From NCBI RefSeq assembly GCF_009914755.1, contig NC_060930.1: a DNA stretch of 64,000 bases; one strand, written 5' to 3'. A model generated the notes under the pieces. That model did no database searches. It was not told where the DNA came from and saw nothing but the letters and a program-made list of their open reading frames with translations. Positions within the stretch are counted from its first letter, which is position 1; each line of letters begins with the position of its first letter. Position numbers and translations under genes: made by a program. Origin of the DNA: the human T2T-CHM13v2.0 reference genome, Homo sapiens. Positions 31,819-44,109 of the stretch are shown here, one piece after another.

Positions 31819-32884
31819 TAGGGAAGACCTTCTTGAGGGAAGCACATTGGCAGGAGAGGCCAAAGTCTGAGCAGGAGTTAGCTGGGAATAGAGTGGCACA
31901 GCAGCATTCTAGCAGAGGGGCTGCCAGTATGAATCTCCAGTAGGAACTTCCAGAGGAACTGCCAGTATGAGTGAGATGGGAAACACTTTGGCTTGCTCTG
32001 GGAAGTAGAAAAAGGCCAGGATAGCAGGAATTAGGTGGTGTGAGATAAGGCTGGAGAGACAGGCAGGAGTTGGCCACACAGGATCTTGTAGAACTGAGAA
32101 TGATTCCAGGAACAGTAGAAGCCTCTGAAGGGCTTTGAGCAGAGGAGGCAGATGACCTGAGAAGTCACCATCTCCCATTCTATCTTAGTGACTTTAAATG
32201 CCTGTTTATATTATGCTAATCATGGTTCTTTATCGTTCCTGAGAACAGGATATGGGAATGGCCAATAGGGCGGAGTTTGATAAGCCATAAGGATAAACTT
32301 CACTGTGAAATTCTGTCCCTGGAGGGGTCCAAGAGTGAATGACAGCGTGTTGCACCTGCCTTGAGGGAGCCGCATAGACATTTTGAATTCCATTACAACT
32401 TTATCTGAAATGAAATACCAAGATTTCCCTACAAGGTTCATGACATGCTGAGTTTTTTTTTTCCTCTTTGGATGTTTTAGTATTTTACAGCCTGATATGG
32501 CACTGAGCTGTGAGACGAAAATTTTTAGAAGTTTAAAAAATGAGAGCATTAAAGCATTAATCTACCTGAGAGTGGCAAAGTCATAGAACCTTAGTAAGCC
32601 CACGTTGTACAGAAGACATTGTAGATAATCCTTCAATTACGAGCAGGTAGTATCCAGGTAACTACATACATCTTCTAAGGTGGTCTTCCCAGCAGTCCTT
32701 AGACCTTAGCCCAAAGACCCAGGAGAGGACGGGAATACCCTAAGAAGAGCTAAGAAAGTAGTATCAAGGTCTCTTGGGTCAGAAAAGATTTCTTACTGTT
32801 TTGTTTTGTAAATTTTATTTTGAAGTCAAGAACATTACTACCTGGTAATGTCAGCACCCAACAATTTTATTTCTCTCTCTCACT

Positions 32885-33186
32885 TTCTTTGTTTTTGGTT
32901 TTTTCCCCAAAGACAGGGTCTCACCCTTGGCCAGACTGGAGTGCAGTGGCGTGATCATAACTCACTGCAGTCTGGAACTCCTGGGCACACGGAGTAGCTG
33001 GGACTACAGGTTTTTGCCACCACGTCTGGCTAGTTTTTTATTTTTATTTTTTTAATGTTTAGTATAGACAGGGGTCTCCGTATGTTGCCCAGGCTGGTCT
33101 GAAACTCCTGACCTCAAGCCATCCTCCTGCCTATGTCTCTGTCTCTCAAAGTGTTAGGATTACAGGTGTGAGCCACAGCGCCCAGC
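32885..33186 (-). mobile_element. AluJ
   Basis: Diverged antisense Alu. Confidence 0.85.
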
Positions 33187-34421
33187 TTCTCTCTTCGATT
33201 AAAAATAAAAACAAATTTCTGTCTGTTAGTTGAAGGCTCAATATTTGCACGTCAGTCGTTTCTTCCCATTCAGTCTACCCGGGAATATTAAAAGGAAAAA
33301 TAACTATAATTTCTGATAAATTTAAAAGATAAAATATTTTATGTATAATAGCTATCGTTCAAAATCTCTCCAAGATCTGTGTGCATACTTTTCTTATTGT
33401 TGTAACTATATTGAATTTAACTTTTTCTTTAACTACCAAGGACTCCAGATTCACCGTCAACTTTCTTCCTGCATTCACTCTTACTGTTCAGTTCTGGGTT
33501 AAAAGACAGCGGGGCCTGAACGAAGTGTCTACAAAGCACAGTATTTGGAGAAGCTTTGTTGTTGTTTTTTAAAATAATTTTTTTAAAAAGGGATCCCGGA
33601 TATCTTTTTTGTTTTTTTAAAAAATCTTTTTCTCATGTACGAGAAATACAGGGAAAAAAAGCAATCAGGTTAATGAATCATTCTGGTTTACTGGATTCCA
33701 ATTGGTAGAGAATTTAAACTTAAAAACCAAACAAAACGAAAGAGCTCTTCAGTTACCTTATGTCGTAAACGAGTTAAAAGTTTTGTTATTTCTGAAAAAT
33801 CAAAGAGCACTATCTGTACATGGTCATAACTGCAAAGGAAACAACGGCGTACCCAGGACAGGGGGAGCTTACTTTAAGAAGCTGCGTCTTTCTGGATCAT
33901 GTTCCTTCGGGGCTGACCCTTTCGGGGAGTTTGGCTTTTAAAGCGCGGATCTCGCGACGCGCGGCTTGCAGGACTGCGGGGCCCGGCGGCCGAGACGCGG
34001 CATCCACAGGGGCCCCTCCGCGCGGCCGCGGCGGTGGTGGCGGGAACCTGGGACTGGCCGGCGAGGGGCCCCGCATGGTAACCGTCCCCGACCGCAAGTC
34101 ATAGGCTGTGGGCACCGCGCAGAGCGCACCCCCCACCGAACTCCCCCCACCCCACCTCAATTCTCGAGACCGAAAGTGCGGAGCGCGGAGTCCTGCAAAC
34201 TTGACCCCGAGCCAAGGTGCGCGAGGCGACGGCGAGTGTCCCCCGGGCTCCCTGCAGCCCCGGGGCTGGAAGCTCCGGCCTCCGCGCACCTCGTCCTCTA
34301 CCCGCCCGAAAGCGAAACCTGGCCGGCGGGCAGGAGGGGAGAGCTCGGCCTCGAGCTCTGCCTGGCGGGGCCCCGGCCTGGAGGCATCCCCGACCCGCAC
34401 CTGGCGGCGCGACCCACCTAC

Positions 34422-34509
34422 CTGCCCGTCCCCAAGGCGCCGCCAGGAGCAACAGCAGCAGCGGCGGCAGCGGCAGCGGCCGCAGGGCCGGGCGGCCGGG
34501 AGCCCGCAT
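34422..34509 (-). CDS. IL20RA: IL20RA coding exon 1 (signal peptide)
   Basis: Translates MRAPGRPALRPLPLPPLLLLLLAAPWGRA, the recognised IL20RA N-terminus; 88 nt ending at donor CAG|GTAGGT (phase 1). Confidence 0.97.
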
Positions 34510-34750
34510 GGGCGGCGGGGCTGGGTCACATGTCGGGGGGCAGCAGACTGCTCAGTCCCACGCCCGCTGGGGCCAAGCGCGGCCGCGCGGCCTCAGCTCC
34601 GCGCCTGGGGCTCTGCGTGCCACGCTCCAGGCGACCTGAGTCCCAGGGCGCCTCCGCCACAGCCGCGTCCCCCAGGCTTCCCCAGAAACCAAGGGCGAGC
34701 GACTCGCGGAGCCCCCACGCGCGCTCCCCCGGCTACCCAGCTGGATGGCA
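34510..34750 (-). other. IL20RA: IL20RA 5' UTR (TSS approximate)
   Basis: GC-rich stretch between the ATG and about 25-30 nt downstream of TATAAA. Confidence 0.75.
34526..34531 (-). promoter_or_regulatory. Start-stop uORF (ATG-TGA)
   Basis: GAC ATG TGA, 16 nt upstream of the main ATG; the only upstream ATG in the inferred 5' UTR. Confidence 0.7.
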
Positions 34751-34772
34751 GCGCGAGGGCAGTTCTCGCGGA

Positions 34773-34778
34773 TTTATA
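34773..34778 (-). promoter_or_regulatory. TATA box
   Basis: CTATAAATC on the minus strand, the only AT-rich spot at the upstream edge of the island. Confidence 0.75.
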
Positions 34779-35023
34779 GTCCCCAGCCACTCGGCTGTCA
34801 GTCCTGAGAGTCTGAGAGTTTCCACCTCTCGGGGTTCATGCCCAGACCAACCAGGTCACTAGGCAGGTAAAACCTCCTTCTGGTAATGAGCGAGGCGAGT
34901 GCATTGCAAAGAGATTCTGGTATTCAGGCCGGTCTGATGGTCAGTTAAAGTTCAATATCGGAAGACGGATGAAATAGAGCGTTATTTCTCGATATACAGT
35001 TAGGCACTCAGCCGTAGATCTTA

Positions 35024-36208
35024 CAGTCATGCATCATTTAAGATGACAGGATTACCTCCTGAGAAATGTCTTAGGCGAGTTTCTTGTGTGAACATCTTAG
35101 AGTGTACTCACACCTATATGGTATAGCCTCTTACACGCCTACGCTATATGGTACAGGCTGTTGTTTGCTCCTAGGCTACAAACCTGTACGGCAAGTGACC
35201 ATACTGAATACTGCAAGCAATTGTAACACAATGGTAAATATTTGTGTATCTAAACATGTCTGAACGTAGAAAAGGTACAGCAAAAGTACAGTATGAAAGA
35301 TTTTAAAAATGGTACACCTGTATAGGGCACTTTCCATGAATGGAGCTTGCAGGACTGGAAGTCGCTCTGGCTGAGTCTGTGAGTGGTGAGTCAATGTGAA
35401 GGCCTAGGACATCACTGTGTACTACTATAGGCTGTATAAACACTGTATTACACTTAGGCTATGCTAAATTTATTAAAAAATTATTTCTTCAATAATAATA
35501 AATTAACCTTAGCTTACTATGATTTTTTACTTTCTACTTTTAAATCTTTTAAACTTTATTTATTTATTTATTTTTGAGATGGAGCATTGCTCTGTAGCCC
35601 AGGCTGGAGTGCAGTGGTGCGATCTCGGCTCACTGCAACCTCTGCCTTCCGGTTTTGATGATTGTCCTGTCTCACCCTCCAGAGTAGCTGGGATTACATG
35701 TGTGTGCCCCCACGCCCGGCTAATTTGTTTGTATTTTTAGTACAGACTGGGTTTCGCCATGTTGGCCAGGCCGGTCTCGAGCTCCTGACCTCCGGTGATC
35801 TACCCTCCTTGGCCTCCCAAAGTGCTGGGATTACAGGCGTGAACCACGACACCCGACCTAAACTTTTTGACTTGTAATAACGTTTGACTTAAAACACAAA
35901 CACATTGTGCAGCAGTATGAAAATATTTTTTCTTTGTATTCTTTCTATAAGCTTTTTCTATTTTTAAATTTTTCTTTTTCTTTATTTTTTCTTTACTTTT
36001 TAAACTTTTTTGTTATAAACTAAGGCACAACCACACACATTAGCCTAGGCCTGCACAGGGTCAGGATTGTCAGTGCCACTGATGCCACCTCACATCCTGT
36101 CCTCCTGGAAGGTCTTTAGAGACAATAGGAATTTTTTCAGCTCTATTATAATCGTATGAGACCACCTTTGTATATGCAGTCTGTCACTGACTGAAAAGTT
36201 GTTATTTG
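35024..36208 (-). mobile_element. Tigger3b-like DNA transposon in the IL20RA proximal upstream region
   Basis: TA-CAGTCATGCA start; CCTAGGCTACAAACCTGTAC; ATTATAATCGTATGAGACCACC near end. Confidence 0.8.
35555..35858 (-). mobile_element. AluS inside Tigger3
   Basis: Antisense Alu, TSD TAAACTTT. Confidence 0.9.
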
Positions 36209-39200
36209 ATTTCATTCAACTCTCACAACCTGCAGTTAGGTCCTGGCCCTTTTTTCAGATGAGGCAAGGGAAACTCAGAAAGTCTAGGAATCATCATGAA
36301 GTCCCCCAAACCTGTGAGTGGCCTGTGACCAGTGGTGTGTGGACTTCCACACAAGGCGGTGGGTCCTAGGTTCCATGCTCTTTATAATGGGAGGGGGGAA
36401 GGGTGCAATTAAGAGGTGAGTCTTGAAATACTATATGAAAAATCTGAGAGAGGCTCTCAGCTTTGTACCTTTCTAGGTGGTTCTAAAGGTTGGGCACAGC
36501 CTGAAGATAGATACACGATTTACCTCAGATGTGTTCCATCTCTTTTGCCCTTAAATGTCTGTTTTCAAATGCTCCAATAAAGGGAAACGACACTCAAATT
36601 AGAGCAACTATTGTTTTCTTTTTCTTTTTCTTTTTCTTTTTAAAGGGGGTCTTCAGTATTAAAAAAGATCTTTTTTGGTGAGGAGGGAGTAAGGAGATAG
36701 AAGATGGGGCAGGATTTTCTGAGTCGCCTAAGTATGCTACTTTTTCCTTCCTGAAAGACTTAGAAACAGAGGAGGAATCTGGGTCAGAGGGCCCCTTAGG
36801 CTGGGATGTTAGCTTCGTGGTGCTGACGTGAGGCCTCTTCAAACCACTTTTCTTGTTTGTTAGCTGGTTCTTTTCCTTTCCACCAAAAGGGGCCCTGAAG
36901 GAATCCTGAAAGCTGGATGAGGAAAGAAGGGACTTGCTTCCTATTTGTTTGCTGTTCTTGTCACTAAGGCCCCACAGTGCCTCTTTACCCTGGCAGGGAC
37001 AGCTAGTTCTAGGAGCAATTGTTTCTAGTTCCCAGCTTCTTCCTGTACTCCCAGAATCAGCTTCACTGCATCTCCTGAGAAATACCAGCACTGAGTAGGC
37101 TATGCCCCATTCTCAGAGGTCTGAGTCCCAGTTTCCTGGAGGCTTCGCTTCTGGGATCTGAACCCCACGTCTGCCCTGTGTTCCTTTAACCCTGACGGTG
37201 GTAGTTGCTTCTAGTAGTCACTCTGTCTCTTTCAATCTCAGTATTCCTGCTTTACTTTTTTAGTACTCCAACATCTGTTTAACCAATTCCTTACAGCAAA
37301 TTCTTTCTGTTGAAATAACTAGTGTGGTTTCTGTTTTCCCAACTGGACTCTTATTGATTCCATTGTAATCCCAGAACGTTTTAGGAAGGACTCTGTGTGA
37401 TCAGTACATTATCAATATTATCTTGAGTTGCTGTTGTTCTTACTTTTTGATTATAAATTGTATTAGTTTACTTTCATCATTATCATCTTAAGTCTTGTGG
37501 GTTAAATAGGGTAAATATTTGCTACAAAAGTGTTTGGGGCCAATCATTTTTGGATATCTAAATTTTGTATGCATTTCTATTCAAATATGAATCGTTCAGA
37601 CCCTTCAAGAGGCTAAAGCAGACCTATACAAAGCCTTCCCTTATCTCCTAAGTCTTCTGAACTTGAACAGTGACATTTCATTATTTCACCAAGTTTTTCC
37701 TCCAGCTGGAAAGTGGGAACGGGGTAGGGGATGGAGTAACTGCGACTTGGAGTTTCTTCCCCCATGAGTGGGCTGTCAATTGTCTGAGAACAAACAGTTT
37801 TCTGCATGCCTCTCGTCCCCTCTCTCCTTTCCTCTTCAAGTTCCCCTTGGCACTTGTCAGAAGGCAGTCAAAATTTTACCTCTAAGGCTTGTCTTTTACG
37901 TGTTCACAAACTCACCACTCTGTCCTCAGAATGGCTAGGGTTCTACAGGATGAGTGTGACCTGAGAACTTGCCATGTATTCAGTTGATGTTTCCCATGCA
38001 TTGAAATAAAGAGTGGAGTCAGTTTTTCTTTTGTTTGCATCTGTGACCCAGAACTCACCTTAGTGAGTTTCCTTAGTATCTTCAAATCTAACCTCTTACC
38101 CCCCTCTGCTAACTTTGGGAAGCAGCAGTCTTGGTTCCTCCCCATCTAAGCCTCCCAGGCAATATAATCTTCAGTGTGTTCTTCAGAGACTTTTGAAATG
38201 ATGTTTTCGAATTGAGGTTTTCTTCTACTTCTCAACTTTGCAACTCCTCTTGCCATGATTTACCACATTGAGATCTTAATTTTGTGGAACCTGATGTATA
38301 GGATTTCCAGGCTTCCCGATGAAAAAGGCCATAAACCACTACTCCTTACCTCCCACCCCAAACACTAATACCACAGGCAAAAAATAATTTTTTTCTATCC
38401 TAGTTTAATTACTAAATAGTTTCCAAGGATAATACATACTAATAATACGAAGTTACTGAATTCTTTCTTTGAGTCAGATCCTACCTAAGAAATTTAAATT
38501 TCCTAACTACCTCCTTCAATCCTTACAACAATTCTGAGAGTTAGTTACATTACCCCAAGTTTCAAAACAAGGAGACAGACTTGGACAGGTCATTCGTTTA
38601 ATAAGCAACAGAAACTGGAAACTGAATGCTGGTTCATCTATTTTCAAAGTTTGTGCTTTTAATAATTTCCTTATATACCTCTTACACTTGAGAAAATGTT
38701 ATGATTTACCTTTTATAATTAGGTCTACAATACATTGAGCTAATTTTTGTATATGAGGAAAGAGTAAAGATTAATTTTTTTCCATATAGATATCTTACTG
38801 GTTTTTGAGGTCTGAACTGTAAAACAGCATGAATATAATTGCTAAAGGCCTAATATTCAGCATATGTAATGAATTGCTTCAAACAAATTAAAAACAAAAT
38901 AAAAAGACAATCTAATATTGAGTTTATATAGGTTACACACCACTTAGTTGCCACTGTCTTCTTCTGAGAGAGGAAGAAAAACCCTAGCTCCCTAATGTCA
39001 ACAGATTTCTTGGAAAGTAAATTAATTCTCTCAGGAAGGCAAAGGGGAAAGTACCTACCCTGGAATATAAACATTTGGCTATGGTGGGGAGATAAATTTT
39101 ATTACTCTCTGAATGAGACCAGATGGCTCCAGATCTAACACCCTTGCAATGTGAGGAGCAAATGATTCTGTGGAAGAGGAGACAGTCTATGGCATGCCAA

Positions 39201-39289
39201 TTTTCTTTGCTCAGGGAGACAAACCATCCAGAAACGTGAAAATATTCATGTTTCCCTGACGTCTCATTATTTGAATATACTCCATTTGA

Positions 39290-41190
39290 TTGCCCATTCT
39301 CCGGTTGATAGACATTTGGGTTGTTTCATTATTGAGTTGTAGGTGTCCTTTATGTATTCTGGGTACAAGTTCTTTGTCAGATATGTGCGTTGCGAATATT
39401 TTTGCCCACTTCATCACTTGCCTTTTCATTTTTACAATGATGTCTGCAAGAGCAAAAGTTTTTAATATTGATACAGTCAAGTTTTTCACTTTTTTTCGTT
39501 ATGATTGTGGTGTCTCGTCTAAGAAGTCTTTGTGTATCCCAAGGTTGAAAGAAAGATGGCTTTTCCTAGAAATGTTATAGTTTTAGCTTTTATAATTAGG
39601 TCTGCAATACATTGAGCTAATTTTTGTATATGGTATGAGAAAAGAGTAGAGATTTTTTTTCCAAATAGATGTCTTACTGTTTTTGTACTATTTGTTAAAA
39701 AGACTTTCGTTCCACATTAAATTGCTTTAGCCATTATTGTTGAAAATCTATTGAAGATATATGTATTGGGTCATTTTTAGATGTCTACTCTTTGGTCTGT
39801 TTGTCCATTTTGCATCAATACCATGTTTTAACAAAAGGAGCTTTTTAGTTTTTTAATGTTGTACTTGTATACCGAAAAGTTTCAAAGGCAGTAGTGCAGA
39901 GTTTCTGTACACTCCTCACACAGTTGCATCACCGTGGTAAATTTTTAAAACTAAGAAACTTCCATTTCCATTGGCACATTACTGTTAAGCAAACTTTAGA
40001 TTTTATTTAGATTTCTCTAGTTTTTCTTCTTCTTTTTTTTTTTTTTTGTTTTGAGATGGCGTCTTACTCTGTCACCTAGGCTGGAGTGCAGTGGCATCAT
40101 CTCTTGCTCACTGTAGCCTCTGTCTCCAGGGTTCATGTGATTCTCCTGCCTCAGCCTTCCAAGTAGCTGGGATTACAGGCACCCACCACCATGCTCAGCT
40201 AATTTTTGTATTTTAGTAGAGATGGGGGATTTCACCATGTTGGCTAGGCTGGTCTTGAACTCTTGATCTCAAGTGATCCACCTGTTGCAGCCTCCCCAGG
40301 TGAACCACCACAACTGGCCTGGATTTCTCTAGTTTTTCTCTTTTTGTTCCAGGATCCAATCCAGAGTACCATGCTACATCTAGTCGGCATGTCTTCTCAG
40401 TCTTTGGTCTGATAGTTTCTCAGGTTTTCCTTTTTTTTTAATGACCTTGACAGTCTTGAGGCGTATTGGCCAGATGTCCTATAGAATGTGCCCCAGTCTG
40501 GGTTTGTTTGATGTTTTTTCTCATGATTAGACTGAAGTTAATGGTTTCTTAAAAAAGTATCACAGAGGTGAAGTGCTTTTTTTAATCATATCATATCAAG
40601 AGTATATGACATCACATGACATTGATAATGATGTTAACCTTCATCACTTGCTTAAGGAAGTGTTTGCCAGGTTTCTGTACTGTAAAGGTATTGTTTTACG
40701 TTTTCCTACTCTGTATTTTAGAAGACAGTCATTAAGTCTAACCTACCCTTGGGGAGGGACAGTGGTGGTGGCCAAAATTAAGCTCCCCCTTCTGAAGGGA
40801 GGAAATAACTTTGTATGTTATTTGGAAATCTTCTGCAAGGAAGATCTGTCCCTTCTCTTCTCCCTATTTACTTATTGATTTATTTAAATCATTTATTTAA
40901 ATTAATATGGACTCAAATGTATTTATTTTATACTTTGGGTTATAGTCCAATGCTACATTCTTTATTTTCTTGCTCAAATTGTTCCAGCTTTTGCCATTGT
41001 GAGCTCTTTCAGGTTGACACCTGTGTTGCCTTGATACACCCCCATCCTGTTTTGATTTGTCCTGAGCACTTCCTTACTTTCTGGTAATGTAAGAGACTCC
41101 AGCCTCATCTTGAATTTATCTCTGCTAGCCTTAAAACCAGCTATTTTTCCATGGAACCCTGGTTTATTTTATTGGAGAATGGTATTCCAT
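39290..41190 (-). mobile_element. Old L1M fragments (antisense)
   Basis: GTTGATAGACATTTGGGTTGTTTC; CAGATATGTGCGTTGCGAATATTTT; TGATGTTAACCTTCATCACTTG. Confidence 0.7.
40034..40319 (-). mobile_element. AluS
   Basis: TSD GATTTCTCTAGTTTTT. Confidence 0.9.
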
Positions 41191-41221
41191 TGTTTGGAAA
41201 TTGCAGAATATGAAGGTACTC

Positions 41222-41253
<32 letters not shown>

Positions 41254-41282
41254 ACAGAGAGAGAGAGAGAGAGAAAGAGAGA
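41222..41282. repeat. Compound (TG)n(AG)n microsatellite
   Basis: Direct inspection. Confidence 0.95.
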
Positions 41283-41667
41283 AAGTTTCTGTGTGCTTTA
41301 ATCTGGAGGAAACCAAGGAGAAACAATTTCTTAAAAGATGGGTCATTTTTATATAGACAGGTATATATATATGGCTGAAAGCAAAGAAACTTACTCTTTT
41401 CTTGATGCCTAAAGAATAGAGGAAGAGTCAAATAACTACAGAAATGGCCCCTTCAGTTTACCCAAATTCCAAATAAGCATTTATCTGGCCCCCAAGTGAG
41501 AGTTCAAACAGTGACAGACTCTTCATCTCTCCATCCTTTAATGAACAAATGGAGGATGGGTTATGGGCCAACTGATGGCCTAATGTTGAGGAAACTGCAC
41601 GGCTCTGGTGTCATATATGGATTAATTCTCAATTCCACTCTATCCAAACAGTGTGGCCTTGGTCTCT

Positions 41668-42088
41668 GTGTTAGACACTATGATGCACCACCCAGACCCC
41701 ACTTCAAAGACGGATTTGTTGTCCAAGCTCCTGGGAGTGCTAATATTAGAAGCCTCCAGCTGTCAGCCTTTTCAAGGACTCTCTGAGTGGCTGGGAACTG
41801 ACTCACCCAAGGTCAGGTCCCTTTCCAAGGCTCAGTTCCAATGACTAATCAGATATGGGACAATGAAGACCTAGTCATCTTGGTCCAACTTGGGGCAATT
41901 CTGTCCATTCTAAGTCCAGAGCTCCTTTGGCCAAGGCTGTTGCTGAACCTTCCTCACAGCTCACCTGCATCCACTCTTGCTTCCTTTTCCTCCCTCCAGC
42001 AGGTGTTTATCACAAGGGCCCTCCCCAGTAACACCGTACATACTAAAGTCTACCTCAGAGTCTGCTTCCTGGGGAATACACCTGTGAT
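41668..42088 (+). mobile_element. LTR16-like ERVL LTR
   Basis: GCACCACCCAGACCCC start; CTCAGAGTCTGCTTCCTGGGGAA end. Confidence 0.65.
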
Positions 42089-42299
42089 GGCCTCTGTGAA
42101 CTTCACTGACATCCACCCCCACCCCCAGCCCTATCCCCAGGCAGCCACAGACTACCTTTATAATAAACAATCAGTGGCATCTGGATTTTCTCCCTAGGTT
42201 CCTCTTGCTGTAACAATCCCCTACACATTAGAGTTCTTCAGTTTTGTCTTTTTATTCACTTTTCTTCTCACTCTACAATATTTCCATGGGTGATTTCAA

Positions 42300-42605
42300 T
42301 TTTTTTTTTTTGGTGGGGGTGGGTACAATGTCTGTGGCACAGGCTGGAGTGCAATGGCACAATCATACCTCACAGCAGCGTTGAACTCCTGGGCTCATGC
42401 AGTCCTCCCACCTCAACCTCCCGAGTAGCCAGGACTACAGGTCTGTGCCACCACGCCTGGCTAACTTTTAAATTTTATTTTTATGTTTGTAGAGACGAGT
42501 CTTGCTATGTTGCCCAGGCTGGTCTTGAACTCCTGGCCTCAAGTGGTCCTCCTGCCTCGGCTCCCAAAGTGTTGGGATTACAGGTATGAGGCATTGCACC
42601 AGGCC
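42300..42605 (-). mobile_element. AluJ
   Basis: Diverged antisense Alu. Confidence 0.87.
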
Positions 42606-43041
42606 AATTTCAGTTTTCAATCTCCAATCTAGGCCTCTTTGTTGAGCTCTAGAAATCCCTCTCTTAATTCCCCAGCTCTACTTGTAAGTCCTATGTACCT
42701 AAATTTCAACTTGTTCCAAGCTGAACTCATCTGTACAGTGTCTATATTTTCTGTTACCCAAGTGAAAAGTCTGGGAGTTCTCCAAGACTTCTGTGGCTCT
42801 ACTCAAGCATTATATCCTTCCATCTTCATCTTCAGTATATTTCTTGCATTATTTCCAGTGTTTCTCGTGGCTCCTTTGTGCCACTGTTATATGTATTCTG
42901 TATATATCACACAGTTCTGATAATGTCAAAAATATGTATCAGTTATATATGTATTTATAGCACTATATTGAAGTGGTTACATATATGGCTATTAGACTGT
43001 GAACTTCTTGAGGGCAAGAACTATGCCTTGTTCTCTCTCTC

Positions 43042-43336
<295 letters not shown>

Positions 43337-44109
43337 TTGTTCTTTTTTATATCTCCAGTGTCTAGTGTAATGCTGGGAATGTAGTACATTCCCGATGAAT
43401 TTTGTTAAAACAAATAAAACTTCTCTGAAGTTTTTTTCTATATATTTTAAGCTGCAAATCCAAAGGGTCTGTTTCTTAACCAGCATGTATATGCACCCAC
43501 ACAGAAAATACACACACATCTATGTGCAGACACACTCCCTTTCTGAAATCCTCACATCTCCATTTCAGTGTTCAACTATCCTGTACAGGATATGAAATAA
43601 CTTGGAAAGGGACAAATTAGCTATTATTTGAAAGTCAGAGTCATATCTTGTTTATCATCCATATATTCTAACTTTTCTTCTTCTTTCATCAGTTGTTTTC
43701 TTATTCTGTGTATTGAATTAATATGAGCTAAACCTAAGAGAGATTTGCATAAAAAGGATTTATACATTTAAAGTGAAATGTAAAGTTTCGGTGTTAGTTT
43801 TGATAATTCAGTTAAGTACTTCTTTATTTACTTAGTATACCAAGGCATGGTTATTCAAATATTCAAATATATCAATCATGTATAACTATACCACTGCACA
43901 GTAATGTAAGTACTCAATGAATTAATACATTTAAAAATCAAGGTTGTAAATTCTTTGTTTTCTTTTTAATTTTTAAAAAAAGTTTTGTAAAGCTGACAAT
44001 TCTTTCTAAAGAAAGAATAGGTTTAATTCCATTCCTATCACAATCCTAGCAAGATTATCTTTTAGACATAGACGAACTTATTCATAAAATGTACGTGGAA
44101 AGGCATCTT

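Larger units (their letters stand above)
33940..34800. promoter_or_regulatory. CpG island, IL20RA promoter/exon 1
   Basis: Abrupt GC- and CpG-rich block in an AT-rich, CpG-depleted background. Confidence 0.93.

Noticed and set aside
34099-34421. Read-through of the exon 1 ORF to 136 aa
   Set aside because: Intronic sequence beyond the GT donor; the real frame continues in exon 2
33966-34862. 298-aa plus-strand ORF and other overlapping ORFs in the CpG island
   Set aside because: Low-complexity Arg/Pro/Gly/Ala content expected from stop-poor GC-rich DNA; non-ATG start; antisense to IL20RA exon 1
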